DNA of 61,412 nucleotides, filler included, from Perkinsus olseni (Eukaryota): NCBI GenBank assembly GCA_013115125.1. It is 9 parts of 9 records of this genome, joined end to end, with 100 filler letters (N's around TTAATTAATTAA, not from the genome) between each part and the next. Parts side by side here need not be neighbours in the genome. Positions count along the whole stretch, not along the records: positions 34,315 to 41,027 come from JABANN010001071.1; positions 41,128 to 47,826 come from JABANN010001072.1; positions 47,927 to 54,625 come from JABANN010001073.1; 6 more parts are not named here. One strand, 5' to 3'. Shown piece by piece: positions 38,821 to 50,261 of this stretch (position 1 is its first letter; each line of letters starts with the position of its first letter). The notes under the pieces were generated by a model. It saw only the letters and a program-made list of their open reading frames with translations, ran no database searches and was not told where the DNA came from. The position numbers and the translations under genes were made by a program.

Positions 38821-40053
38821 TCATATGATCCACACTACAATAATATTCTTCTCATCCTTAGCTCTATTGAGCGTTACTCGTATTTTCCGCGTCCACTGGG
38901 TCTTCTTTGCCGGACCACGCATGACTTCCAGCTGCCTCTCCAGAATCGTTCTCACAGTCACCCCTTCCATGCGGGCCATGTTCCTAACTGTCTTCTTACC
39001 TGCCGCATCCAAGTTCGCCAGCAATTCCTCAACAGTTGACGGTCCACTAGCAACAGCTGTTACAGAGCTGGTCCCAACAACAGGACTCTCGTCCAAGTCA
39101 ATCACCACTTCATCTTCTTCACCGTTCTCGGACTCGCTTTCGATATTGTCCATACTCATATCACCAAGAGCAGTGAAAGCTTGGGAAGGTAAGATCCGTC
39201 TTCTCTTCGGTACTGTCGAAGGCGCTGCATCACCTTGTGTTGGAGTCGCACCAAAGGCAGTAGTCAATGTACGTCGCCCCGTTCCAATCTTCGTCAGAGT
39301 ACGACCATTGATACGATGTTCGCAGTGCTTCAAACCTATCTGTGCAAAGTAGTTGCACATATCAGTCGGCCTCGCATCAGTTTGCTTCAAAGCATTAAAG
39401 GTCTCATTGGTGGCCAATTCTCCTTCACCTTTAGCCACATACGACTCACCATTCTCGACGATGGATAAGTAGACTAGGATATCGACGATGAAGTTGGTCA
39501 GTGGGGCCAAGCTCTTGAGCAACTGCTCAAGTTCAACACGCATCCCTTGGGACTCAATATGATGCTCAGGACGGCACTTACTCCATTTGAGCAACTCCTT
39601 GCTCAGCTGCAACACACTTCGACCAACCGCTCTAGGGTCATTTTCGATCTCGTCGTCAGCAAACGTCGTCACCGTATTACCGATAGGCTGTATGAGTTTC
39701 TCATACGTTGATCTCTGAATAGCATCTCTTAGGGGAACAAGCACTTCTGCTACCAGCTGGCCGTTTAAGAAAGTCGTCATCATAGGGAAACTCTCCATGA
39801 ACTCCTTCAAGTCCTGTCCGAAAAACGATAAAGCATAACCAGGACGCTTCAACCATTCAGTATTGGTAGAAGCAAGAGCAGCGGCTATTGCCGCAGGATC
39901 ACAATCCACCGAAGGAAATAGACCATACTTTTGTACCAGGATATTGGTCTTCACATCACTCCACTTGCTAACACCTGGAGACTTCTTACTATCGGTGGAA
40001 GACGGAGTGCCACTATTAGCACTATTGGCACGATACTGCGGACGACCAGGCAT
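38821..40053 (-). CDS. Hypothetical ~410-aa protein with NLS-like PKRRR and an acidic patch
   Basis: Long open frame. Likely start MPGRPQY at 40053 after an AG acceptor. The 3' end may be spliced. Confidence 0.7.
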   Translation of the reverse strand: MPGRPQYRANSANSGTPSSTDSKKSPGVSKWSDVKTNILVQKYGLFPSVDCDPAAIAAALASTNTEWLKRPGYALSFFGQDLKEFMESFPMMTTFLNGQLVAEVLVPLRDAIQRSTYEKLIQPIGNTVTTFADDEIENDPRAVGRSVLQLSKELLKWSKCRPEHHIESQGMRVELEQLLKSLAPLTNFIVDILVYLSIVENGESYVAKGEGELATNETFNALKQTDARPTDMCNYFAQIGLKHCEHRINGRTLTKIGTGRRTLTTAFGATPTQGDAAPSTVPKRRRILPSQAFTALGDMSMDNIESESENGEEDEVVIDLDESPVVGTSSVTAVASGPSTVEELLANLDAAGKKTVRNMARMEGVTVRTILERQLEVMRGPAKKTQWTRKIRVTLNRAKDEKNIIVVWII

Positions 40054-40330
40054 ACTCGCTTGTAAGCGTACAACAATAACAATATTAACTACGAAGAGAA
40101 GACATCCCAATAACACTCTACGGTCACGTTCATTCTAAGATATTGACGTTTGCAACCTCAACCAAGTGTTGGGTTTGTGCGGTGTCAACGGTGTCAAATT
40201 GTGCGTTGTGCGCTGAAGCTCACCATATCGATCATTAAGCTTATCTGAAGCTTAACTCAGCTTACCCATTCACGTTCCACTCTGCTACCACTGCACTTAC
40301 TCTTTCGTTCTCAGTTTATACCGCGGAAAT

Positions 40331-41027
40331 ATGGCACCCAACAAACGCTCTACCCAGTGGAACCAGTACTGGCCTCGCAAAAACTGCCGTGTTGATAACG
40401 CTTATACTCAAATGGCCTCAAATTGCGGCTATTCTACCACTGTCAACATCGCAGCTGTGGATCATCTCCTGACCACCCTTACCAAGTAAGCCTTTTCCTT
40501 CAGCCCTTGTCATTTCGTTCTTATCGTAGGTTCCAGAAGAGCCAACGAGAATTAGACCGTACAGCACCAGGACGGCAGTACACTTCTGTGGGAAGGACTG
40601 TTGAGACGTCTCCGATCAGAACATCTGAGGAGGGCCGTCTTTCAGGTAAGTTAACGACAGTCCTTGGCATCATCACTCTTTCTCAGGTATACCCAGTCGA
40701 CATATCATTCCCAGACCTCGCCGCCCATGCCAGAATCCAGTGGAAGGTATCGCATCGCTTCTGTCCTGCTTCTCTTGTTGCTTCTGTTCTCTGCTCCTGT
40801 TCAGGTTACCGCTATCGCTCACAGTCTCCAACTTCAGCATCATCTACTCGCAAGGTCGAAGAAATCCTTCACGACGACCAGCCTTCCCACGACCAGCCTT
40901 CCCACGACCAGCCTTCCCAAGACCAGCTTTCCCACGACCAGCCTTCCCATGACGACAAGCCTTCCCACAACCAGCCTTCCCACGACGACAAGCCTTCCCA
41001 CGACAAGCCTTCCCACGACGACAAGCC
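40331..41027 (+). CDS. Spliced hypothetical gene ending in (D)DQ/KPSH tandem repeats, 3'-truncated
   Basis: ATG 40331 plus three short GT-AG introns (~40486-40529, 40646-40686, 40748-40804) keep one open frame into 15/18-nt repeats at 40870-41027. Confidence 0.65.
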
Positions 41028-41127
41028 NNNNNNNNNNNNNNNNNNNNNNNNNNNNNNNNNNNNNNNNNNNNTTAATTAATTAANNNNNNNNNNNNNNNNN
41101 NNNNNNNNNNNNNNNNNNNNNNNNNNN

Positions 41128-41237
41128 TCTTGTTGTTGTTCTTGTTGTTGTTCTTGTTGTTGTTCTTGTTGTTGTTCTTGTTGTTGTTCTTGTTGTTGTT
41201 GTTGTTCTTGTTGTTGTTCTTGTTGTTGTTGTTGTTC
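41128..41237. repeat. (TTGTTGTTGTTC)n/(TTG)n microsatellite
   Basis: Direct reading at contig start. Confidence 0.9.
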
Positions 41238-41299
41238 AGGGAGTGATGATACAACGCGGAGTGCATGATATCATATTATTGACGACCGGGAGTAGGACG

Positions 41300-41833
41300 G
41301 GACAGGACAACAAGACAGAAGCTAACAAGGAGTATACATCAACGATACCCATGATGATGATAGACAGGGGAATATTCAATACCAAACTGCATACGCTCAT
41401 GACTGATATTAGATGGAAGTAAGCAGTAAGATGATGCTCATAGTCGTAGTCGTAGTGGTAGGGATGCCACTGTTGTCATGATCTTAGGGATAGATATATA
41501 CTAAGAGAAGAGAGGAGTAAACAACAAGGTGATGATGATGCCGACGATGATGGTGTGGATAATAGTAGTGATGGGGATATCGTGGATGATGATGATGATA
41601 CAACACACTGTGGAGGATACCACCGCCGTCGTCGTCGTGTGTACATTGATGATGATGATGATGATGATGGTGATGTGCGGTGTGAAGAGAAGGAGGTATA
41701 TCTGATAGACACAACGAGGGGTAATATGAATAGAGGAGGAAGAGGAAGAAGAGGACGGATGATGATGATGATGAAGGAAGAAGAGGGACCACCTATTATG
41801 ATACGATTGAAGAAGGAACAATTAAATGCAATC

Positions 41834-41874
<41 letters not shown>

Positions 41875-44800
41875 GCAGCATGATGATGATGGTGATGGTA
41901 AGGTGACGGAAGAGCAGCATAATGAAGGAAGGGGTAAGCCGACATCACACCAGGGAGGGAGGGGGTATTATCATTGTATACAGTATCAGGTGGCAGAGGT
42001 GTGCAGGAGGAGGAGGAGGAAGCGGAGGACACTACTACTGCTCCTGGTGATGTTGGTGATGATGATTTTACCCGTAGGCTAGACCCGCATTACATCGATG
42101 AACCTGCCAACTTCGATGAGTAAGGATCCATCACTATTGCCCAGCCCTCCTCCTTCTTATGGTAGGTATATTAGTAGTATGAGGCTACACACTACATTGT
42201 TAATAGATGTATTAATGAAGGAGTGGAGGGGGAGGATATTATCGGATACATTAGATGTAGTTAATGATGACATGTAATACTCAGTATTATCATAACAATA
42301 ATACATCATCAACACCTAATAGCATGCGCAGTTTGAACAGTAAGAATGAATAGTAGTAGGTATACATCATCATCATCGGACAACGATGATGATACCACCA
42401 CTACTAAGAGGTGTAATAAGAATGATATGGAAGAGGGACAAGGGAAGGACCTCACACAGACAGACGCCCCCCCGAATAAGTCGTCATCACTACAACGTAT
42501 AATGAGGCGTATTGATCTGATGATGAAGGACTCATTAAGAGGACTGGTGAGTACCATGCATACCAACAACAACATTACTACGAGAGTAGTCGTAGTCTGC
42601 TGTTGTTGTTGTGATTAGATAATAAGAAGTGCGGAGGCATGGATGAGATTGATGAAATCATTCATACCCGATAATAATACACACCAGAAGCCTATGCTAA
42701 TAATCAAGTATTCATCGTACCACCTCATTACCACCTCATCATTATCACTATTATAATCGTTAGTTACCACCTAGTGGAGGGTAATGATGATGAGAATAAG
42801 AGTAACAGCAGGAGGATAGTCTTGTATCCAACACCACAACAATTGAAGGATGGTATCTTGCGCATGGTAATGATGCTACTTCATCATACCCCACTTAAGA
42901 TACTTATGCTTCTTATTATCCTTCCTGCTGCTGCTGTTGCTGTTGCTGCTCTCAATGTATATCAGGTGGAGTATGCATTGAATGATAGTCTATCAGTATT
43001 AAAACCTGTCGGACAAGATATGATGAATAACAATAATGAGGTCTTGCATAATAATAGTGGTGATGGCCATGACAACATATTACACAATAGCAATACTACT
43101 GATGATGATGATATGATGATGGGTATAAGGAGGAGGACTAAGGAAATAACAATGGAGGCCTTAGACTCCTCCTTGAAGATGCCTCTGCAAGTGTTGAGCT
43201 GGTAATGGTGATAGTCACGAGTGGCAGTAGCAGCAGCAGTAGCATCACCTGGGCCTATCGTAGGTATAATGTGTATCTACCATTGTTGGGCATCGATGAT
43301 CATGATGATGATCATGGTATAACATTAACCTCAACTGATAAGGATGATGAGCATATCATTAACACCATCAACACAGCCAAACAACACCAACAACAACCGA
43401 AGACGACGACATGCTCATCGTCGTCGTCATCATCAACAACAACCCCAGGACATCAGGCTGATAATACCACACTCGTGGACCCACAGCGTAGGGGTAGTAG
43501 AAGGGGTAGTTTAGGAGAGAAGGCAAGGAAACAGAGTGTGATGAAAAACCACCACCGGCCGACATCACAACTATCAAGGACAATATCAAGAATGAAAGAT
43601 AAGGTAATACTCTCATTGGTCATAGTAGTCTATTGGCTATCCTCATCATCATTATTATAATGGGTATCGTTATTCAGTTATATAAACTGCGTAAGTGTCG
43701 AGAGGATATCATGAATATATGCCCAGAAGGTATTATACAGTACAAAATGTTCGAGGTGATAAGGGATCATTACCACCAGCACCACCAGCAGCAGCAGCAG
43801 CGGCCGTCACCATGGTCATTCCATCTTTTAGATACATACCAAAGGGGTTACTGATACTTTCATTAAAGTTATTGATGATGCAATGAGGAGTATACTAGAT
43901 TACATGTAATACTTCTCATTACCATCATCATCATCATCATCATCTTGGCCCGCATCATCAGGTATGATGATGAGCTATGCACTAGACTGGACAGCATGGA
44001 GAGACGGTGGGAGGATTGTCTACGCACTCTTACGAGTGTAGCGCAGAGTGAAGAGGATCTATCTAAACTTAAATCGTATATGTCGAGTATCGGCGAAGAT
44101 ATTAAGAAGCCTAATATGGAAGAGTTGAACGAATTGAAGGAGATATACAACAGTGTATTGACTGAATATTATTATGATAGGATCGACAATACCATCATAG
44201 AGCGTATAATGACAATGTCACACTGGCCATTGACAATAGCAATGGAATGTATAGAGAGAGGGAAGAGGATCGAAGTGGAGAAAAGAGATTTCATTAACAA
44301 GTTGGCCGATGATAAAGAAGAGTAATAATACATATGACGATAATGAGGTATACAATATCATGATGATGATGTTGTTGTTCAGGTTTAGTAGGGATATTAT
44401 ACAATGGAATGCTGATATGAAGCATATCAAGGATGACCTGGATGATATAACCAAGGCCAATGAGTAAGTCATATTATCAGGTAGTAGTGGTGATGTATTT
44501 GTCATTATAATAATCAGATACGCTGTTAAAGTGAGTGGTCTGCACGATAGATTGATGAATGGACAGAAGAGAGTCGACAACTTCCATAAAAGGGAAGGCT
44601 TATTCGGCATAGAACCCACAGATACGGAACCCTTGGATACTATTACCAGTATATATAATGATTATTATTCATTATGGTCAATAGCGATTGATTATAAAGT
44701 AATACTAACATCAACATCAACAACAATAAGAAGACAGAGGACTAATGTTGATGATGATTGATATTATAATGTATTTTTGTGATAGTGTGCCGAAGATGAA

Positions 44801-46038
44801 TGGATGAAGGGATCACCATTAATGAAGCTGAGGGCCGTTGATATTCATAATAGTATTAATAAATGGAAGACTGAGGTAGTATTATTCGTATTATCAATAA
44901 TAATACTGCATCAATGTTATCGTCTTCGTGATGATGATGATGATAATGATAATGTTAGATCAATAAATTGGAGAAGGATGTGTTCAATGATAATATTAAT
45001 AATCCAGTCCAAGTGAAGGTGATAGATGATCTCAAGAATAGGATGCAGTACTTTCTATCTGAGTAATAATAACAACAATAATACCCACAGCCATCATCAT
45101 CACAACTACCATGTTGTTGATGATGAGGACATTACTAACTTTGTTGTTGTTCATGTTAGGTATATGTGGATAATAGAGTCGATCGGTATTGATGGATGTG
45201 ATCACTTTATGCTACCTCGTTATTGGTATCAAATACTACATACCATAAAGACACCAACAACCACAACAGCAGCAGTGGGCAAAAGAGGAGGAGGAGGTAG
45301 ACCAGCATAGTACATTGGGATAGTACTCTTGTCTTGCTTATCACTCTTGTCGGTGTTAGGCGTTGGAGCAGAGCCTGAGCTTCCACCCCTCATCACTGAT
45401 CTCACGCTCAATCAGTTGGATGGTATAAATAATAATAGGGATAAAGTAAAAGCTGTTATTAAGGAGGCTAAGCAGCAGTAGGATCATCATCATCATCATA
45501 TTGCTGCTGCTACCTTTAGTTGCTAGTAACGCATCATTACGTTAGATATTCTAATCGTATCACTCTATCTGATATCAAGAAGGAATGGTTAGTATCGTCA
45601 TCATCGAAGGATGCTGGTGCTGGTGGTGCTGGTAGTGTCGTCGGGTCGGTCGTTGTTATGATACGGGTAGTGATGGATGATGATGGGATGGAGAGGTATG
45701 TATTGAATGATGATGATATTAGAAGTAATATAATACCCAAGATAGAACAACATGCTGATACACTTGTCCATATTAAACAATCATTACCACCGCCATTGTC
45801 AACAATAGTTGGACATGCCTACTGGGATGATGATGAGGAAGGAGTTCTGTTGGCATTTATTAAGGATCTCGATGGATTCGGCAAGGTAATAATAATCATA
45901 CTAATGGCGGCGGCGGCGGCAGTACCAGTATGGTGATGATTATCATCATACTGTCAGACTATGAGGGCTATTGGAGAGGTACTCGAGCTTATATCACAGA
46001 TAAGGGGGTTGGACCGTCTTATACGATTATACAGCAGC

Positions 46039-46074
<36 letters not shown>

Positions 46075-47750
46075 CGTGGTAATGGGGATCATGCTCATCA
46101 ACAGCAACGACAACAGAGCGATGACGAGGATGATGATGATGGTGATGATGATGATGATGGTGATGTTATTGGGTATGTCGACGAAATCTGGAACAAAGTG
46201 TTCATACCATCATTGGTACGAGGATACACAAAGGGAGAGGGCAAAAATGGAGGAGGAAGTGATGCGGGGAATGAAAGAGAGAGAAAAGATGAGAACGAAA
46301 TGCCGGCTAAGAGCAGTAATAATGACGGGTTATTATCAGTATCATTGGTGGTAGTGATGATACTTGAGTAACCCTTCCTTCATCAGGCGTGGCAGAGGAG
46401 GACCCGTCCGATCCATCATTGAGTCAGGGAGGAGGAGGAGCATCACCGGAAGGGGACGAAGGAGTCGGGGGTGGTGGTGGAATAGCCATACCCGCGGCAA
46501 GGGTTATTGAAGTAGCTAAGACACATGTAATACTGCATCAATCGTAGAAGTTGATATTACTAGTCCATCATGATGATAGTGGCGTTGATGGTGATGATGC
46601 TATTTAGATAACACAATTATACAAGTGCCAGGCCAAGCTGTGGGGATGCTTCCTGAATGATTTGAGTATGATAGCTGATGATGATGACGTTAGTGATGGG
46701 GGGATATCACCTTATGTTAATGATATGTATAATATGATGAAAATGTCAACCCTCGTCACCTCTCTTATGAGACGGGCAGCAGCAAGGCAAGAAGAAGAAG
46801 GAACGGGGAAACACAGGGATGATTCATCTTCTCATTACGATGGTGGTGGTGGTGGAGGTGATGATGATGATGATGATGACACTAGGAGGATTATAAGTAA
46901 TGCTATATATGAATGGACACAAAGTGGGGTCAACTGCTTACCTCGATACAGTCTATCAGTAGATGATAATAATAGTGTGGGAGGAGAGGATGAAGAGAGT
47001 AGTAAAGAAGGTGGTAGTTGTAATAACGCAGTAGTGGACGGGGAGGTAGTAGTAGAAGAAGGAGAAGAAGTTGTGACGTTAGAGCACGAGGATGAGGACA
47101 ATACATCATGATTATGGTCGTCCTTCTCGCGATTGTCCGTAGTCCTCCTCCTCCTCTTCCTCTATTCCCATGATGATGTTAATAATGATGTCAATGATGT
47201 CAGTATATGAGAAGCTATTGCGTTACTAGTACTACAACAACACGGCTTCATCATTACTGTGTCGGGCCGTTAGTCTTATCGTAGAATGCTGGTGATGCTC
47301 CCCCACCACGATCATTATATTCAGGGTATAGCCTGATGAGGAGGAGGAGCAGATAATATCTCCGCTCCAACTACCACCGCTGTCATCATTAACAAGAGGA
47401 GGACGAGGAAGGTGGGGATGGAAATGGGGGGCGGGGCAATGGAAATGTCAATACTGTGATAACACTCGAGGCCGATATACTCCCCCTCAGCTGATTCTTG
47501 GAGGTGTGGCCCATCTCAATATACCACACCATTCTAACCGTGTGGCCCCCATACTAAGGAGATACTTATGATGAATTACCATCGATAATGAGTCCTAACG
47601 ATAGCGTTTACATCAGAAGCAGAGAAGCATACAAAAGCTATTATGAAGATGATGACCATTTTTGCCGTCATTTTATTACACATCATTGGGGAGTATCAGT
47701 GTTAGCGTCATAAGCCGTCCTGTATGTCATAAAGACATAATTATGATTAG
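41300..47750 (+). CDS. Highly divergent axonemal dynein heavy chain-like gene, N-terminal tail/DHC_N2 region, many introns, partial
   Basis: NFHKREGLFGIEPTDTEPLDTITSIYNDYYSLW, EWMKGSPLMKL, MLPRYWYQI (RHW-like) and LSDIKKEW at 44530-45600 follow the DHC_N2 motif order. No AAA P-loop seen. Boundaries are rough. Confidence 0.6.
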
Positions 47751-47755
47751 GCAAC

Positions 47756-47826
<71 letters not shown>

Positions 47827-47926
47827 NNNNNNNNNNNNNNNNNNNNNNNNNNNNNNNNNNNNNNNNNNNNTTAATTAATTAANNNNNNNNNNNNNNNNNN
47901 NNNNNNNNNNNNNNNNNNNNNNNNNN

Positions 47927-48190
47927 CTCACAGCCAGGCATAACCTTTCCTTGATGGCTCGAATTTTTTTGGCGTGTAGATGACTCCTAGTACCTCGTTG
48001 ACCATAATTGGGAACCAACGCTCGTATAACGTGTCGCAGGCCAGGGGATTCCAAGGATCTACTCGACCATCCCGCAATGGTGGCATATTCAACCAAACGG
48101 CGGTTGAACTCATCAATCCGGGGCCTGAAGCCTGTATCCAACTTGGGAGCCATATGTGGGGAAGAATACAAACTGAAAATACCGAATTAT
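47927..48190 (-). mobile_element. hAT transposase fragment (Hermes-like DNA-binding/dimerisation region), runs off contig
   Basis: LVEYATIAGWSSRSLESPGLRHVIRALVPNY resembles the hAT pattern ..P.S.VE..GF..L...L.P.Y. Confidence 0.55.
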
Positions 48191-48664
48191 AATTTGTGAT
48201 TTACAAGCCTCTCCGCATGGGTCTCAGACAACTATCTTTCAAATTGAGAGCCCCACAGTGGGGCTCAGTTCAGTTGAGTCAAGTCGCACTTGACTCAACT
48301 GAATTGAGTCTCAAGTTGCGACTCCCGACTTGACACTCAAATCTTGTCTATCGCAACTTTGGACTCCAAAACTACCGGATACTTATATTTGAAAAAGGCA
48401 ACGTGAGAGTAGTGTTCGACCTGATAAGCGCGCAATATGCAGTCTTTCGATGAAGCGCGCGCCCAGGCTGGGAAAAATCACTCACACGACTAGGGGAACG
48501 GTTTTGCGCTTTGCCGCGAGTACATTAGTGCAGGAGCAGTATCTAGATGGTTGTACAACTTCGACTTGTAGTTCACGCTGCCTCTCAGAAGGTTTCGAGC
48601 TCATTCTGTGCGAGCTGTAAGCAATTATGGCGGTCGTCTATGTTGGTATCGTGGTACAATACGC

Positions 48665-48744
48665 TGACAGCTGTGGGGTTCGAACCCACGCCCTTTCGGA
48701 CTGGCGCCTAAAGCCAGCGCCTTGGACCACTCGGCCAAACTGTC
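48665..48744 (-). tRNA. tRNA-Leu(TAG), copy 1
   Basis: GACAGTT..TGGCCGAGTGGTCCAAGGCG, anticodon arm CTGGC-TTTAGGC-GCCAG, long variable arm, GTGGG-TTCGAAC-CCCAC, AGCTGTC-A. Confidence 0.95.
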
Positions 48745-48901
48745 GATAAGTGCTGCAGTTTTATAGCGGAGATATATTGTGGGTTTCGTCGATTGGCAGA
48801 TTCTGGCGACGCAAAAAGTTCTCAGATGGTTTCGAGCTCGTTCTGTGCGAGCTGTAAGCGACTATGGCGGTCGTCTATGTTGGTATTGTGGTACAATACG
48901 C

Positions 48902-48981
48902 AGACAGCTGTGGGGTTCGAACCCACGCCCTCTCGGACTGGCGCCTAAAGCCAGCGCCTTGGACCACTCGGCCAAACTGTC
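48902..48981 (-). tRNA. tRNA-Leu(TAG), copy 2 (discriminator U instead of A)
   Basis: Identical to copy 1 except one variable-loop base and position 73. Confidence 0.88.
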
Positions 48982-49848
48982 GGTAGGTGCTGCAGTTTCA
49001 ATAGCGGAGATATATTGTGGGTTTCGTCAATTGGCAGATTCTGGCGACGCAAAAGTTTCTCAGATGGTTTCAAGCTCATCCTGTGCGGGCTGCAAGCGAT
49101 TATGGCGGTATACTTTGCTGGTATTGAGTAATACAGTACAGTATCCACAGATTCAATGGATACTGTACTGTATTACTGGCAACTGTACGAACTGTCACTG
49201 CACTGTACGGCTTGAAAGTGTGCGAGATACTCCTGTATGAATGAAAGTCGTACCGAATAAAGCCTGTACGAGCCCGGGGGTGTACCAGTTGTCACTGTTC
49301 CGGTTTTCACTCACCGGGTGAGTCTCACCCTATGCTCCTCCTCCTCATCATCATGATGACATCATAGGATCGGACCTGCAATCGAACTGCACATTGACAG
49401 CAGATACTCACTCACCGAGCTCGCTCGCATTCACTTCTTCATTTATGATGCGCTTTTTTTGCACCGTACCATCGAATTAAGCAATTGATGTGTCACTCCT
49501 CCTGAAGTTCCCCGCAGTCGGAGGCTTCCACTTGAAGGGAGGCGCTCCAGGTGACTGAGTTTGGCCATTAGACTCACGTGTTTGCGATATGGCAGCCAAG
49601 ACTTTACCGCTCAACACTCCGAGCCACACGATCCCTCACAGCGCAGTGCCGCAAATGATTGGATGCGGCAAACTTGCGCCAAAATTTCAGCTTGGCTGCC
49701 GACTCAGAAAATGCAACTGCGATCCGCTTCACCTCATCCGACGAAGGACAGTCATCATACCCACGGGATACTCGACGTCTTCGCGTTGCTTTCGGGATGG
49801 ATATTTTGCCGCAGTGGGTGAGCCAGAGCCTTGCAACATCTCTCCGGT

Positions 49849-49965
49849 ATGCCAATCATTCAGATGTTGCTCAAGCAAATACGTAGAACACGGACTCCAC
49901 ACAGCACAATATCCGCAACCGAGCCATGTAATACCGTCACCAACCAAAACTATCGTGCTATCCCA
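49849..49965 (-). mobile_element. BED-type zinc finger remnant (hAT transposase N-terminus?)
   Basis: W-x15-CGYC-x13-HLNDWH, i.e. W...Cx2C...ST.LL..HLx3H. Confidence 0.5.
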
Positions 49966-50142
49966 GAAGCGACCGAATTCCAGTTTATTACCTTCGGCTT
50001 CCCAGAATCTCATACGTGCATCACAGCGAAATTCATCTCAAGCGATGCCTGCCCCTCATCAGTGTACTCAAGTGCGACCATCGCCAAACGGTATATTTAA
50101 TATACTATATGACGAAAATGCTCGGGCGAATGGATGTGACGA

Positions 50143-50261
50143 CGCATATTCTTCGCGCCCTCGGAGTGCTTAGGTTACCTAAGCACTCCGAGGGCGCGAA
50201 GAATATGCGATAGTGGCATACCTAAGTTAGGTATGCCACTATCCGAGTCGGATAATCCGAC
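50143..50261. repeat. Three adjacent perfect odd palindromes (33-, 17- and 7-bp arms, 1-nt centres)
   Basis: 50143-50175/50177-50209, 50209-50225/50227-50243, 50247-50253/50255-50261, checked base by base. Confidence 0.95.

Larger units (their letters stand above)
48583..49110. repeat. ~237-bp tandem repeat (about 2.2 units); each full unit carries a tRNA-Leu
   Basis: CTCAGAWGGTTTCRAGCTC recurs at ~48583, ~48820 and ~49058 with colinear downstream sequence. Confidence 0.9.

Noticed and set aside
40664-41027. Mucin-like TTSLP protein with a signal-like hydrophobic stretch
   Set aside because: The hydrophobic stretch is the pyrimidine-rich intron 40748-40804. Splice phases favour the DQPSH frame.
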